Source of the DNA: Eledone cirrhosa
Taxonomy: Eukaryota
Direction of reading: 5' to 3'
Length of the DNA: 64,000 nt
Assembly: GCA_964016885.1 (NCBI GenBank)
Contig: OZ024742.1
Location: forward strand, 213,342,001-213,406,000
Shown here: piece by piece, positions 25,178 through 39,736 of the stretch
Layout of the letters: each line of letters begins with the position of its first letter
Numbering within the stretch: the first letter of the stretch is position 1
Notes under the pieces: model-generated
The model's database searches: none
What the model was told of the DNA's origin: nothing
The model's input: the letters and a program-made list of their open reading frames with translations, nothing else
Made by a program: the position numbers and the translations under genes

Positions 25178-26246
25178 TGGTACCGACGAACGATCCATAA
25201 TCCATAGAGAATTTAATAGCATAATGTAGAATATATTAATTTAATTTTCTCTGTTGAAATAAACATTGGAAACTACTGACACTTTATTTGCTTCAGCATC
25301 ACGCAATTCTTCAGGTCGCCAAATGGGAATAAAGTTAACGGGATACATCATAAGTTGCGTATTGATCTTGCATTATCACTAGCATTAAAACGTGTGCTTT
25401 CTGCATTTAAGACAAGGGAAATCTTGGGAACAGGTTTGAAATGGTGGTAACACACATCTGAAAACTGGAACAGAAATTTGACACAAATACTCATACCTCG
25501 TGGATTTACTCGTAATTCGTGAATCAGGGATGATTGATACAAAGAATGTTCAAGTACGAAATTGCCGAGATTGATTTCTATGCAAGCACATTACCAAGCT
25601 AGAGCCGGTCAATATGGGGGATCTTATTGTGAGATTTCTCGTATATTCATACATTGTTTGTAACTTACTCATAGTACAAAGCATGCTTTCCATCATCTAG
25701 CCATGGTATAGTACAAAAATAGCAAAAGAATTCAGCAACAACAAACAAAAATCAAACACAAGAGGTCAAGAAAATGTTGTACAGGATTCTAATATGGCCG
25801 TCAAAAGAATTGCATGCATCCCATACAAAAAAGCTGCCTGGAATTGTTTTGCAGCTCCAAACCGATTAAATAATATCATGGTATCTTGATATTTATGTCC
25901 CAGCATTTACAGCATATCTCATATGTTCTTATACCATTTGATATCTCACAATAACCTCCCGTCCTCAAAATCTCTCTCACATTGATCCCTCTTTATTTCC
26001 TTATACCCTTTCATTTCTTCTGCTACATCTCTTTTCTATTTCCATTTCCACTCTTCTCATCCTTCTAGGTTCTGATCCTTTCCTCTCGTACTCCTTTAAT
26101 TTTCATCCTCACTTCATGAAGGGCTGCCATGATCATTAATAACAATAGTTTAACAGCATCTAACAACTAAATCCCGTTAACAACTATTTAGTTAATATTT
26201 TCCATGGCATCTATCTCCCCCCTCTCTTTCTTTCTCACCCTATCTC

Positions 26247-26313
<67 letters not shown>

Positions 26314-26892
26314 TAAATTTCTTTAAGTCGTTTGGAAGCCTTGACAATGCAGATGGGTAAATCTCCTGGTAACAAGATCCGGTGGTGGAGAGAGAGATGT
26401 AAGTGGGTGTACGTTGAGATGCGTGGCGTGTATAAGACTGTAACGTGTAGAGGAATGAAGCAAAGAGCGTAAAGGATAAAAATAAAAATAACAGCACAAG
26501 AAAGAGTTACCTTGGGAGAGATTTAATTGTCCCTATATATTTCGGATTCACATCCATCAACTGGGGGGGGGGGGGTCGAAAAGGTGCGAAACGAGTCCTC
26601 CGCTGTTCGTTAGCGCGCGTGCGCGTGAAATGGGGTCGGTCAAGCAGAAATCAGCGGCCGAAGTAGTTCTTTCAATCGTGGGAGTGGGGTGGCGCTAGCT
26701 GTCAGTCCATTCTCTGCCTGTTTGGTGAATGTTACTGTGTGTGTTGTTGTCTCGCTTGAGTGTGTGTGTGTGTGTGCGTGTGTTGTTGCCTTGTTCCTCT
26801 GTATTGGCAGTGTAGTATGTTCGTATGGTAGAATGCTACTGTGTGTGTGTGTGTGCGCGCGTGTGTTGCTGTCTCCAAAGTGCTTCCTTGAT

Positions 26893-27460
26893 ACGTTTAC
26901 AAACACACCAAGCATTATAATAAATGTTCGGTGAATCCATACGTACATATATATATATGTGTGCATGTATGTATATATATACATACTACTGTACGTCTGT
27001 ATACATATATGTATGTACGTATACATACTTATATTTAAGTAACAGCCGTACTAAGAGTGAGAAATGAAATTTCGTTTCATTTTTTCCGTTTATCCTTTTC
27101 GGTACCCCGGCCGATTAACTCACTCGATATGCAAATTAGGTTGCTCAGCCGTTAATATGCATAAGGAAAGTATATACTTTCAGACGTTCAATCATCTGGC
27201 AGGAAGGTATACGTTGCTGACGATAGCTAATAAAGCTTGAAACTAGTACAGCGTTCCTTTGTCAGGGTTGAACAAATGAGCAACGATGGTTGCTAGACAC
27301 TGTACGGCTTAATTCGGGATGTTTGTTTACAAACACACCGAGCATTATAATAAATGTTCGGTGAATCCATACGTACATATATATATATATATGTATGCAT
27401 GTTTGTATATATATATACATACTACTGTACATCTGTGTACATATACATACTTATATATAT
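26893..27460 (+). mobile_element. family E element, partial tandem arrangement
   Basis: 3' part at 26893-27032 and a longer copy at 27115-27455; homologous to 52883-53280. Confidence 0.7.
27212..27253 (+). ncRNA. minimal type I hammerhead motif, family E
   Basis: cgttg-CTGACGA-tagct aataa agctt-GAAA-C ta G-TA-cagcg; GUA triad, palindromic ACTAGT. Confidence 0.8.
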
Positions 27461-27593
27461 ATATACTTAAGGTAAATATTGATGCAATTCAAATCAAGCA
27501 CTCAACGTACTTTTTCCACATAGGAGCGACGGAGTATATATCGAATAAGAAAAAGCGAAGTAGATTCAGATGGTAAAGTCCTTTAATGATAAT

Positions 27594-27668
27594 GCTGTGA
27601 TACATATTTCAATGACGACAGTGGCCACACAGTTCGGTGCGCCCAGTGCCGTGACATCATCAGACAGC
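27594..27668 (-). ncRNA. type I hammerhead motif, family F
   Basis: gctgt-CTGATGA-[long imperfect stem II]-GAAA-T atgt A-TC-acagc; AUC triad. Lies in a repeat (about 27500-27900) homologous to 57300-57870. Confidence 0.7.
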
Positions 27669-28579
27669 TTCTTACATAATAAGGTTATGTTTCCGAGGCA
27701 ATCCAAATTGAATCAACGTGCGAACAGACAAAGCGTGTGCTCTTGAATTCTTTGCCCGTTCCCTTGTGGGTCCCAATTTACCCCCACCGGTCTGCGCAGG
27801 CGCAAGTCCGAAGGAAGTTGACTATCAATTACCCCAAAGTTCTACGAAACTCGCTAGGCAGATCCCCCTCTCAACCAAACAATTACCCCATCCAGGTCTG
27901 TAATATGACACGGTTATAGTTTACTGCTAGCCACCCTGCCAGTGGCAGTTGGAGGAAATCTAGTGGGGGTGGGAGAGTGTGAGTGTCAATAGGTATCAAT
28001 ACTACGCCTAAATTAAGCATGGACAGTAGAATTGACCATCACCCGCTAAGAGAATGTTTCCGAGTGGAAATTATGATTGAGAATTAGAAATTAAAACTAA
28101 AAATTAAAAATAAAAATAAAAAAAAATTACAAGTTAAAATCTTTATTGAAGTAAGTAAAAAAAAATATATATGTACATATAATAACTAATAAATAGGGAG
28201 ATGTTTAAATTATAGTAAGAAGCTTTGAAAGGAGTATCAATATTACAGATATATTATCCATATATTGAACGATAGTAGCGTACAGAAGAACGGAGGGTAA
28301 ATTACAGTATGAAACGTAGTAGTTAGGCAAATACATAGTTAATATCTCTATCACATGGAACAAAACAAAAAATACAAAATATAAAATACACAAAAAATAC
28401 AAAAAATACATAGATGCAAAATGAGATAGGAGATATATATGAGAAACATATACGAGGAAGGTAAACTGTATGGAAATGAGGGTATAAGTGGTTTTTTGTT
28501 GTTGCTCTTGCAAAGGAGATGATTTTTTAACTGTATCTCGCGCCCTTGAGGGCTGAAATTGTATTTATCTACAATCGTA

Positions 28580-31500
28580 TCCCCCCAAATTTTGTTTTAA
28601 AAAAAAACATGGCGGACAAAAAAAATTGTCCACAGGGAGGAACAGCGGGTTGTTCGGAGGGTGGAACAGCCGATTCCATCCAATCACAAGGCAAAGTAAA
28701 AAACAACAGAAACAGCAGCGGCAGCGACAGTGACAGTGGTGGTGACAACAGCAGCAGCAGCCACTCTAACAGTAGCAGCAGTAGTGCAAATTACAACAAA
28801 AACTTCTCTACGTTAGAAAAATTAAACACTACCACCACCACCCCAATAATAACAATAACAACAGCAACAGCCATAAAGAACCAAGGAGCAACAACTATAA
28901 CAGCAGCTACACAGAGGAAAAAAACAAAAAACAAAAACACCAATGACGTAGGAGCAACAACAACAAAGACAAAACTAGCGATGAGTCAACACAAATCAAA
29001 ACAAACACGTCTTTCGCTAAAGCGACAAACGATTTTGAACAAGTACACGTCACCAATGAAGAAATAAAACGAGTGAAGGTCTTGGTTAAAAAGACCGGAC
29101 ACGGGATAAGTTTCACCCGTCCAGCTGAGATAATAAGAAACAGGCTTTTGTGTTTGGTCAGTTATCGCACGATCGGAACAAAATCGCGGCGAGTCGAACG
29201 GGCAACAGAGTCACAGGTCCAAAGAGCTATGGGCACCGTCTGGGCACAGAAAACATACATAGCCCGGGGATCGAGGTATGGCACTGTAGATGTGCTCTTC
29301 GCTACACCAGAAGAAGCCAGAGCACACTCCATTGCGCCCCGCCGCAGTGACGAAATCATAATGATGCCCACATACTGCGGCCAGAGAGTCGTGAGGGTTC
29401 GAGTGGCCCAGATTCCGTCCTCAGTGGACATGGCGTGGTTGACGGCGGCCGTCCTCGCTGACGTTGAGGATTCAACAACTATACTGAACGTCATGCGAAT
29501 AAGACAGGAAAATTGGACAGGGTCGAGGATGGAGCTAGACCATGAGAGCATCGAGCCATCTCCGACGTAATAGACCTGGACGACGGCAGCCATCTACCCG
29601 TGACTGTCGAAGGTAGGCGCCCAAGGTGTCATGGATGCGGTGACAAGACGCACCTTAAGGCATTCTGCCCCAAACTCACCAAAACCGACACGCGCCCCCC
29701 CTTTCTCCTCACGCCGTGCCCCGCGACTGGAGCGGACAAGCAATCCAAGACTACAGTGGCAGAAGGGAAATCACCATCTCCAACAACAAAAGCACCATCT
29801 CTTCCACCACCCATGTAACCAATGGAAAGCATGCTGATATAGCTAAATCGGACAAGCAGTGCGATGAGGCCGAAGAATGGAAAACTATCCCAACAAAAAA
29901 AGGAAGAATTCCCTACCTTCGTCCTCAAAAAAAGAGGAAGTAAGAACTCCCCCTCAAAAAGAAAAGGAAAACGACCCCACCTCCTCCACCACCATCAACA
30001 GCCACACTCCCACAACCACCTACACCATCACCACCACCAACACCACCACCACCACCACCACCGCCACCCTTAGCATCTACCCCTTCGTCACCTCCAACAA
30101 CACCACAGCAAACACAGAAAGCACCAACACGCCAACAGCAGACACAATACACAGCCATAGACACAGACAACACAAAGCTTTTAAATTGCATTCAACACCA
30201 CACCAACATCATAGAAACAAACTACGTACAAACCATCAAAATTGCCCCCCCCCCCATGCCATGCACATAAAAATAATAGAAATCACCACCAAAAATGACA
30301 TGACATTAAAAAAAATGTTAACCCACATCAATTGGAGACTACCGAGGGAACATCACCAAAAGAATATTCACGGACATTCTCGTGGAAAAACCCAACACTG
30401 GTCGGTGGGATGCATCACCCACCTAAAAAAGAGCTACAGGTAATTTTTGTACTTTTCCCCTCTCACTTGTTTTCCTCATATCCTAGCCAACGTGGCTTCC
30501 CTCAGATATGCAGCATAAATGGCCTGGGGTCGTCTTGGAAGCAGGGCCACCTGCTGAACGATCTCAGGTCGCTAAACATAGATGTGGTGGCCATCAGCGA
30601 GACCAGAATCTCCGAGGCACGGGCATTCGCACCCATTTTCGGCAGCTACGAGGTGTACACATCTCCAAGCCGTCCCGCATCTGGGTGGGGAGAGTGGGCG
30701 TGTTGTTCCGGAGAAGTCTGGATCTCGAAGTAAGTTGGTGGTGCTGGGCGTGACCAGCGGAGAAGGACAAATTTCAAGCTAGTGGCCGTCTATGCCCCAA
30801 CAGGAGCAGGACGGCCTGCATTCTTCCGGCGTCTCCAGACCTTTCTTGGAACGTCCCGCTCTTTAGTGTTAGTGGGCGACTGGAACGGGATCTTAGATGC
30901 ACGTTGGGACTGTGTGGAATTAGCGGATAGGGGAGTAGGGTGCAAAAGCCTCACACACCTGCTCAGACGTTTTCAACTGTCTGACAGGTACCGGTTGGAT
31001 TTCCCGAATGTACCAATGTGGACTTGGACAAACCGTATCGGGTCATCCAGATCATATCTAAATAGGGTATTTTGTAGGTAAATAGATAGGTCTAGCATAG
31101 GCTGTCCACAATTCAAGATAGTCAGCTACAAATCTGTGATCTGTGTGGTTGACTTAGATAGGCTTCATAGACAGGGACCCGGCTACTGGAAACTAAACGC
31201 GCAAAGCTTACGGAGACCGGGTTAGCGAATTAGTTAAGCGGGCGTTGACAGGGTCCATCGTCAACAACAAATGGTGGTTTGCCCTGAAAAGTGCGATTAG
31301 AATAGAGTCCATTAGGTTTAGTAAAGCGTTAGTAACAGAGAAAAATAGAGCAGAAGGAAATCTAGTTAGCAAATTAGACGAGGCGCTTAGTAAAGGCATC
31401 GCGACCGACGTGCTTGCGGTGAAATTGGCTCTCGACCAAATTTTCAACGCTAAGCACGAAGGCTGCCTTGTCAGAGCTAGGGTGCGTGCTCTGAGACACG

Positions 31501-32665
31501 AGGGGACGAAAGTCGTTCAATGGGCCCGGGTGGCGGAGGAGCGATCCGGTTTTGACGAACCACGAAGGGCGCATGAACTCAATCCCCGGCAGATGTGTGT
31601 GGCTTTTAGCAGCACTTTGCTCAGCTGTTCGGGGGAAGTGGCGGGCCGCATCGCGGAATGGACTTCAGTGCCTACCTGACGGACTGCCGCGTCTGTCGGC
31701 CATTGAGACGGAGTGTTGCCAAAGGCCGATAACAGCTGCTGAAGTACCGGAGGAAATGACTAGCTGCACAATGGGTAAATCGCCTGGTTGGGATGGTCTG
31801 CCCTACGAATTTTACATACATATGCCAGACTTGTTCGAAGACCTCTTGGCGGACGTCTACTGCAACTGGCCACAGAATAGGAGAATTCCCAGCTCTGTGA
31901 ACCGAGGAGCGGCCTACTGATTTCTCCGCTGGTCACGTCCAGCACCATCAACTTACCTTCTGGGTCCAAGAAAGGATCCGAGCAAGGGGGATAACATAGA
32001 ACATTTCAGGCACATAACTCTGCTAAACACAAACTTCAAGATTTTGGCTAAGGTGCTAGCAAAGAGGTTGGCGCTTGTCGTTGGTGGTCTGGTGGGAGAG
32101 ACGCAAACATGCTCTATTCCAGACAGATCCATCCGCAACAACCTCCACCCCATGTGATACATCGTAGAGAGGGTAGCTAGGGAACCTGGCATGGGAGGGT
32201 CTTTGATTAATTTAGATCAGTTGATTCATTTTGATCGTTATATGTCGGCAGTCCTAAGAGCAGCTGGCTTTGGGCCTGTCTTCAGAGGTGGAATGCTGCC
32301 ATGCACAGCGACATCTGCTCTGTGGTGAGAGTGAATGGTCACCTCTCGGAACCGTTCAAGATCATGCGCTCGATCCGCCAAGGATGTCCTCTCTCGTCCT
32401 TATTGTACGTATTGACTCTCGAGCCATTACTGCACAAACTGGAGACATTGAGGGGGATCGCGCGCGAACTAGGATGCGGAAGAACCGTGTCAGCATACGC
32501 AGACGACGTCAGCGTAGTGGTGTCGCACGCCAAACACATCGAGGCGATCGGCACCACACTAAGAGAATACGAGGTAGTGACAGGAGCAATGATCAACCAG
32601 TAAAAATCAGTAGGCCTGCAACTCGGCACCTGGAGAGGTAGGTCCATGTCGTCCAACAGCGTATT
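28580..32665 (+). mobile_element. L1/Tx1-like non-LTR retrotransposon, decayed and 3'-truncated
   Basis: ORF1 remnants from about 28609 with a CCHC knuckle (CHGCGDKTHLKAFC). ORF2 APE motifs (SINGL, VAISET, AVYAPT, LVGDWN, WTW) and RT motifs (KSPGWDGLPYEFY, ITLLNTNFKILAK, IRQGCPLS, AYADD). Confidence 0.88.
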
Positions 32666-33466
32666 TACGTGTCCCAACGACTTTTTTTAGCCGTTGCTCG
32701 CACCAACCGGAGGTATATGGTCTTTAAAGCGATGAAATACCAATGACGGTTGGAAGATCACTGATGAAGGACTAACTTTATCCATATGTAACCCATTTGC
32801 AACCACGCAGCACGTTTATTCTCATATTTACACATATTTTTTCCCCCGCTGTGACCCGTCTATTTCGTTCTTACTGCTTCCTCTTTCTCTGTATCTTTAC
32901 CCTCTCTAACAGTCACTCTCTCTGTTAGCCTCTTCCTCACCCTTCACTCACTCACTCTCTGTTACTACCTCTCCTCCTCCTCCCCCTTCTTCCCATTTGA
33001 CCTGTGCGTAATTCTTTTCTTTCGCACGCTTGGTCAGGCTGGTTCGCCTTTTTTCTCTCTCTCGTCTACAATTTCACAGAACTTATGTTTACCGAATTCA
33101 CAGACTAGATTCCTTCTTCCTCCCGTTAGACCTGTACGGAATTCCTTCCTTGCTCACATTCCAACCAGGTTTGATGGTCTTTATTCTCTTTCGTTCACGA
33201 TTTCACCGAACTTATATTCAGGGAAATTTGGGACTTGACTCGTTCTTCCTCACTTTTCGTTGCTTCACCATCTTTGTTTGTTTACACTCTCGTGTCCCCT
33301 TTATTTACGTGTCCCAACGACTTTTTTTAGCCGTTGCTCGCACCAACCGGAGGTATATGGTCTTTAAAGCGATGAAATACCAATGATGGTTGGAAGATCA
33401 CTGATGAAGGACTAACTTTATTCATATGTAACCCATTTGCAACCACGCAGCACGTTTATTCTCATA
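32664..33466 (+). mobile_element. 0.8-kb non-coding element with direct terminal repeats of about 163 bp
   Basis: 32664-32827 is nearly identical to 33303-33466; each repeat contains ctgatgaagga; the right end abuts (TA)/(GA)n. Confidence 0.7.
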
Positions 33467-33519
33467 TATATATAGAGAGAGAGAGAGGGAGAGGAGGAGG
33501 GAGAGAGAGAGGGGGGGAG

Positions 33520-33690
33520 AGATGTACAAATCAGAATGGACGCAGTAAAAAACAGTTAGACCATTAATCACCAGAGAGCTCGATACTTGGGGTAGTAGAG
33601 TGGGTAATATAAAAGACTCGGGACCCCGATGGCAGTTCAGATCTAGCTGTTGAAACGGCAGGAACTTAGCCGTCGGGGTCCCGAATCCTG
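33520..33690. mobile_element. family H fold-back fragment with the 3' half of an HHR
   Basis: GAAA-CGGC aggaactta GCCG-TC-ggggtcc at 33652-33681. Confidence 0.55.
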
Positions 33691-33691
33691 T

Positions 33692-33724
<33 letters not shown>

Positions 33725-33725
<1 letters not shown>

Positions 33726-33955
33726 ATTGGTGTGGGATGCTTAAAGCGTCCGTATGCGGTAGGCCGTTTGAGCACTCGATGCTTTTACAGAGCAGAGTAT
33801 GATATCATATAAGAAACGGAGAATCAGTGGTGCGACGAATAACATTTATTAGACATATTACAATCGTTTCTGGAGCTGGTCGCCAGAGAAACGATTGTAA
33901 TATGTCTAATAAATTTTATTCGTCGCACCACTGATTCTCAGTTTCTTATGTGATA
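33725..33955. mobile_element. family J fold-back element
   Basis: Inverted arms of about 65 bp (33802-33868 and 33886-33954); homologous to 38390-38765. Confidence 0.7.
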
Positions 33956-34168
33956 TATATATTTATATATATATATAGTTAGTATTTGTCTATAGTTAGT
34001 ATTTTTTTCACCTTAGCGAATCTGGTCCCTTACGATTTGAACACATATATGTATATATCTGTGTTCGTTTTTCTTTTATATATTCAATATACGGCTCGGA
34101 AATATCTCTTTCTTAGAGCTATTTTGTTGTAAGAGACTATTTTGAGTTCCTAACTCAATATATACCTT

Positions 34169-34315
<147 letters not shown>

Positions 34316-34727
34316 TTGATTGATTGATTGGTTGATTAATTGATTGAACATTTCACTCTAGTTCAATAAGAAGCATCAAGTCAAGACTCGTCTATTGCAG
34401 TATTAACCACATCACATTTTCGTCTCAAATTACTACACGAGAAGATCATGAAGACCAAAACATAAATATATAGGTATAAAATTCCCCCACACTAATTAAA
34501 TGTTCAATCAAATACAATAGGACATAGCATATGTAAACATAGTTAATCTGTGTTTCTCATAATAGAAATTATACTTTATTTCTACAACAAACTGAAAAGC
34601 AGCACTTCACAGAGGAGAGAGAGCTCTATTACAAGTATAGGTAATTTCAGTGAAATTAGAATTATGTATGAAATACCCAGCTACTTGGTTTCATACAAAA
34701 TATATAATAGACATCTCTGTCTGTCTC

Positions 34728-34859
<132 letters not shown>

Positions 34860-36506
34860 CAGTAAAAAAGTTATATTGGTAAAAAAGAGGACTAAGCAGG
34901 AGAAAATTCTCTTGATTCGTAGTGTGTAGTTACGATGGAGATTCAATATAACTAACATGAAGAAAGTTGCCGTGAATACATAAAGTAGAAACAATTATAA
35001 TCATTTACACGGCTACCTTTATAATTCAAGATATATTATTTACATTTGTTGCTGGTATGGGAGTGATTTCTTCAGATGAATATTCGTTTATGTGCTATGT
35101 TGCAGGTAACAAGATGTTCTTCTTCGGGCATAGAGACATATGTTTATTGTATATGAACATATAGTATATGCTTTCATATACATTCCTATTATACATACAT
35201 TCATACATACATAAATAAAGACACACATTTATTTTATATAGAAATAACTTTTACAGGATTAGAAATGGTTGATCCATATAAAATCATCAGGACTGAATGA
35301 AACCGTTCTGATTCTATAGAAGTCATTTCTATATAAAAATAACATGTCTATACTCTACCAACGTATTGAGTACTTTTTTCAACTATGGTCAATTCCCACT
35401 CCACATCAGTGATACACCTTTATCTATATATTAGGCATACAGCGATAAGCAAATTGGCCGATTACTGGTTACCGATTAATCGGCCATAATATAAATTTTA
35501 ATGTGATATGAAAATGCGTATTTTAATAAATTGTAAATATTATAGTTTAATGTTTCACAATTAATCTCTATTCTGTCCATCGGAGCCGCGTGGCGGCCAG
35601 CGTATGGGCCCCCATTTGCTCGTAATAGTGAGAGATGAGGAGAGCAGGGGAGACGGAGGCAGTGACAGTGGGAGTTTGGTTCTTTTGTGTTCGGACCTGG
35701 TGTATATGTACATATTTCAAGGACACACACTCACTCACATCTACTATAATGAAATAATCACAATTATGGAGCTACTATTTTAGAGCACATAGGGACAACA
35801 TTAGCCTGATTTTACCGTTTTCATAGCCTAGCAGATTTTTTGTAGCTTCTGCTTTGCTGTGAAAATGGAGACATTTTGATGTTTTGACACTTTAAATCAC
35901 GACTTCTTAAATTTGATTATCAAAATATATCTATTTATTTATTTAATTTGAGTAAGTTAAGGTTATATAAATAATTATTATTGAAACCTTTTTGAATGTC
36001 TTTAAATAAAAAATGTAATCGGATTCTAAAATTGAAAAATTATTTCTTTTTTAAAAAATCAATTAAGCACATATCCTCTCGGATTTCTCTTCTATTTTAA
36101 CATCTTTTAATTTACATGGAGTTAGGTTTCCTGGGCAGACCCAAGTAATTTCCAAATGTGTGGATTAATGTGTTCATAATACATTGGTGGGTTTTGAGTG
36201 TGTGTCCTAGGAAATAATGTGCGTCCTCGGAAAAAAATATACTTACGTATTTCTATATGGTTAATACAAAATGTTTTTCGAATTTCTTCTGTCACCCATT
36301 ATTTTCTTGTTTCAAAATAATGATGGTCGAAGGTTGGTCAAATTTGCTGCAAACCAATCTACTGAAACTTGAGAATAAAAACTGACTGAATTGGAAGGAA
36401 AAGAAATGAAATTCTAACCTTCCTCAACAATGTATATGATGATGATTATAGTTTATAGTCGCATGAAGGAACAGTAACAGGTACGGTTACTGGGTAGGGC
36501 TGTTTA

Positions 36507-36588
<82 letters not shown>

Positions 36589-37039
36589 TTGTTGTTGTGT
36601 TTAATCCAAGACAGCTCTGATTAAGATGTATAATCAAAGGTATTCAAGCTCTGACTATCCATATTTATTATTCAACAATAGTGTCCTCCAGATTCGATTA
36701 TCTAATGCGTCCTTTTAATTCGTTAACAGGTCCAGCGTTAACTTATAAATCTTTCAAAAATATAATATTGCGTGATTTGAAGGTGATTTAGCAGATGAAA
36801 TGATTACGTGGAGACCTCTTGCTCTAACTGAAATAAATAATATAATTAAGAATAGTTCTTGGCAGGGTAAAATATATAATCATTTTGGGTGTTGGGGCTT
36901 AGTGCATTTTTTTTTCTAATACACACATCAACAGCAAAAATAAGCATTAAAATAAATTCTGTTTTATATGCCTTATTTAAATTATGTAAACAGTTTTAGG
37001 TGTTTACATAGATCATTTTATTTTTGGGAAAGGCTGTGC

Positions 37040-37103
37040 ATTCTAAAAAATATTGGCTGTGCAGATAATCAAAGTATGTATATATTTTTGGGGACACCCT
37101 GTA
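37040..37103 (-). mobile_element. probable Tc1/mariner-type terminal inverted repeat remnant
   Basis: Minus strand reads TA-CAGGGTGTCCCCAAAAA; no partner end identified. Confidence 0.35.
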
Positions 37104-38389
37104 GAATCTACAGTGTAGATAGTGAAATAGTCAGAAAACCAGACAAAATAACTGGGAGAATAACCTATCAAGTATAGGTGATAGCTGTAGAACCTAGTGT
37201 TGAGAGAGATGAAAGAAACGGTGTTTTGGACTGGTAATACTTTGTGATTGGAAGAGTTTCCGCACTTGAAAGTTGGCGTGAATCTGATAGAGGAACTGGG
37301 GTACTGTAAAAAAAAAAAGGAGCGATTAATTATCTTCACTATATACAGTAAAGATGTGAAAGCTAAGCGAGCAACAAGAACGGGTCCTTCTTTATAGCGA
37401 GAGTTCTGCTGATAGTTATATTAATAGAGTTCTACTGACAGTTCTACTAATAGAGCTATATTGTTGAGCAAGTTCGGAGAAAGCCTTCTGGCAAGAAACT
37501 GAAAAGTTTTACGGCAATTTGAATGGAGGGGAAAGTTACAACTATAGATGCATGAAGAAATCAATGAATCAATGTTTAATGATAATTTTGCAGGTTTTGT
37601 GGTGGTTTGTATATGCCTCTAGGTTCTTTTGTTATCCATATTCCTACCGCATACCTACAGTAAAACCTCTTGTAAGGTTTTAATATTAATTAATTTGCTT
37701 AAATGGAAAAGGTGGACAGACAGAACAAGTTGGATTTGTCGTCACAGGCGAGACTTGGAGTAGAGGGAAACATTTACTTGCATGTCAGTCGGCATAAACA
37801 TAGTTCTGGCCAATTGTAGTAAAACGGTACGGAATGGGAGAGTTACGCAGTAATAGAGTAGTGAGTGTACTGCTACGATTAGACAATGCATAGACAATCC
37901 GATCGCGGTTGGGTGACGCGTGGACTTGGACGTAAGAAAGAGGTTAAGAGTATTCATGTGGATGTTCATGTGTCTGTCAGAGAAGCGCTTACGTGTGTTT
38001 ACTATCTGTGGAGCAGGTTGTTGAGAGTGAAAACAGTATGGCGTGAGAGAATCTATTATCTGTTGAGAGATCGACCGATATGGCGTATGACAAGTCGGTA
38101 AACCAGGAGGAATTGAAATCACCGTTCGGTAAGATACACATTTTCGATACAAAGCATGAAATAGTTAAATAACTGATAGAATTTGGAAGGATTTGGGCAG
38201 ATGTAGAGTAGGCAGATGAACTTAGTAGAATAGGAAAAACTGAGTTTAAGCCTGAGTAACTAAAAACAACACAAAAGGAAAAAGCTTATAAACGAAAGAA
38301 AATATATAATGGTCTAGAATTCGCACACACACACGTATATCTATCTATCTTTCTCCCCCACTTCTCTCTCCTATATATATATATATTAT

Positions 38390-38430
38390 TATAAATTCCA
38401 TTCGTCGCAACACTGATTCTCTTTTTTTCT

Positions 38431-38470
<40 letters not shown>

Positions 38471-38761
38471 AGAAAAAAAGAGAATCAGTGTTGCGACGAA
38501 TGGAATTTATTGGACATATTACAATCGTTACTTTGGCGACCAGCTCGAGGCATCTGAGGACCTTGCGATTTTCAGAGTCAGGTTCGATCATCACATCGAT
38601 CGTGCCTCGAGCTGGTCGCCAGAGAAACGATTGTAATATGTACAATAAATTCAATTCGTCGCAACACTGGCTCTCTTTTTTTCTGTGATATACTCTGCTC
38701 TATGAGAACATCGAGTGCTCATATGGCCTACTGCATACGGACGCTTTAAGCATCGAACACC

Positions 38762-38765
<4 letters not shown>
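38390..38765. mobile_element. family J nested fold-back element
   Basis: Inverted segments around (TA)n at 38391-38507, and arms 38463-38552 / 38593-38691. Confidence 0.7.
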
Positions 38766-38811
<46 letters not shown>

Positions 38812-38815
<4 letters not shown>

Positions 38816-39430
38816 CTCCTGTTCATTATTTTCATGTACAAGATTGACATGCGCAGCCGGGTTGGAAGTGGTACATGACTGGTGGGTGTAAAATCAGTCA
38901 ACTGGAATTTGCAGATGACAGGGTGTTACTTAGCTCGATAGAAGGTCATCTCCGACTTGTACTTGATAGCTTTGACACCGAGTGATGCATGGCTGGAATG
39001 AAAATCAGTGTTGCAAAAACTGAGACACTCGTCCTCTCAAGGAAGCCAGTGAAATGCACTCTACTTGTGAATCGAGTTCCACTGAAGTCCAATTATCTCG
39101 GGGTCGTATTCGCAAGTGATGAAAGACAGGAGGCTGAATTAAGTGCAAGAATTACAGGAGTTGGTGCAGTAATACGCCAGCTTTAGTATTCAGTAATCAG
39201 AAGAAGGGAGGTAGGTGAAAAACCAAACTCGCTATCTTCAATTCAGTATTCGTACCAGCCCTTACCTATGGTCATGAATATTGGGTAAGGACTGAAAGAA
39301 TACGATCGCGAATACAAGCGGCCGAAATAGGGTTTCTACGAAGGGTCTTTGGAGTAACGTTACTTGATAGAATGACTTCTTCTCCAAAATAAGAGGTCAC
39401 AGCTCCGATATTATGGGCATGGGGTTAGAG
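38812..39430 (+). mobile_element. RTE-clade LINE RT fragment, decayed
   Basis: LFIIFM...FADD...GMKISVAKTE...YLGV...LTYGHEYW...IQAAEIGFLRRV...LRYYGH across frames. Confidence 0.75.
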
Positions 39431-39644
39431 TGTCTGGAATTTGACACATAATTTTACAACGCTGTGCCAGATAGTGGATTACGTAATAATTCAGATTTCA
39501 TAGGCAATTATATTACTCTATTAAAACACGTGTTAAAGCCTCTACTGCATAAATAAATATTTCTTTGAACTTCAACAAATGTTGCCTAGTTTTTCCTGAT
39601 AACCTGTTTATATTACACACATACACACAAACACACACACACAT

Positions 39645-39736
<92 letters not shown>

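Noticed and set aside
26530-26565. Minus-strand ggat-gtga-atcc-GAAA-tatata-ggg, and a similar half motif near 47700
   Set aside because: No intact CUGANGA; possibly truncated pLTRs but not callable.
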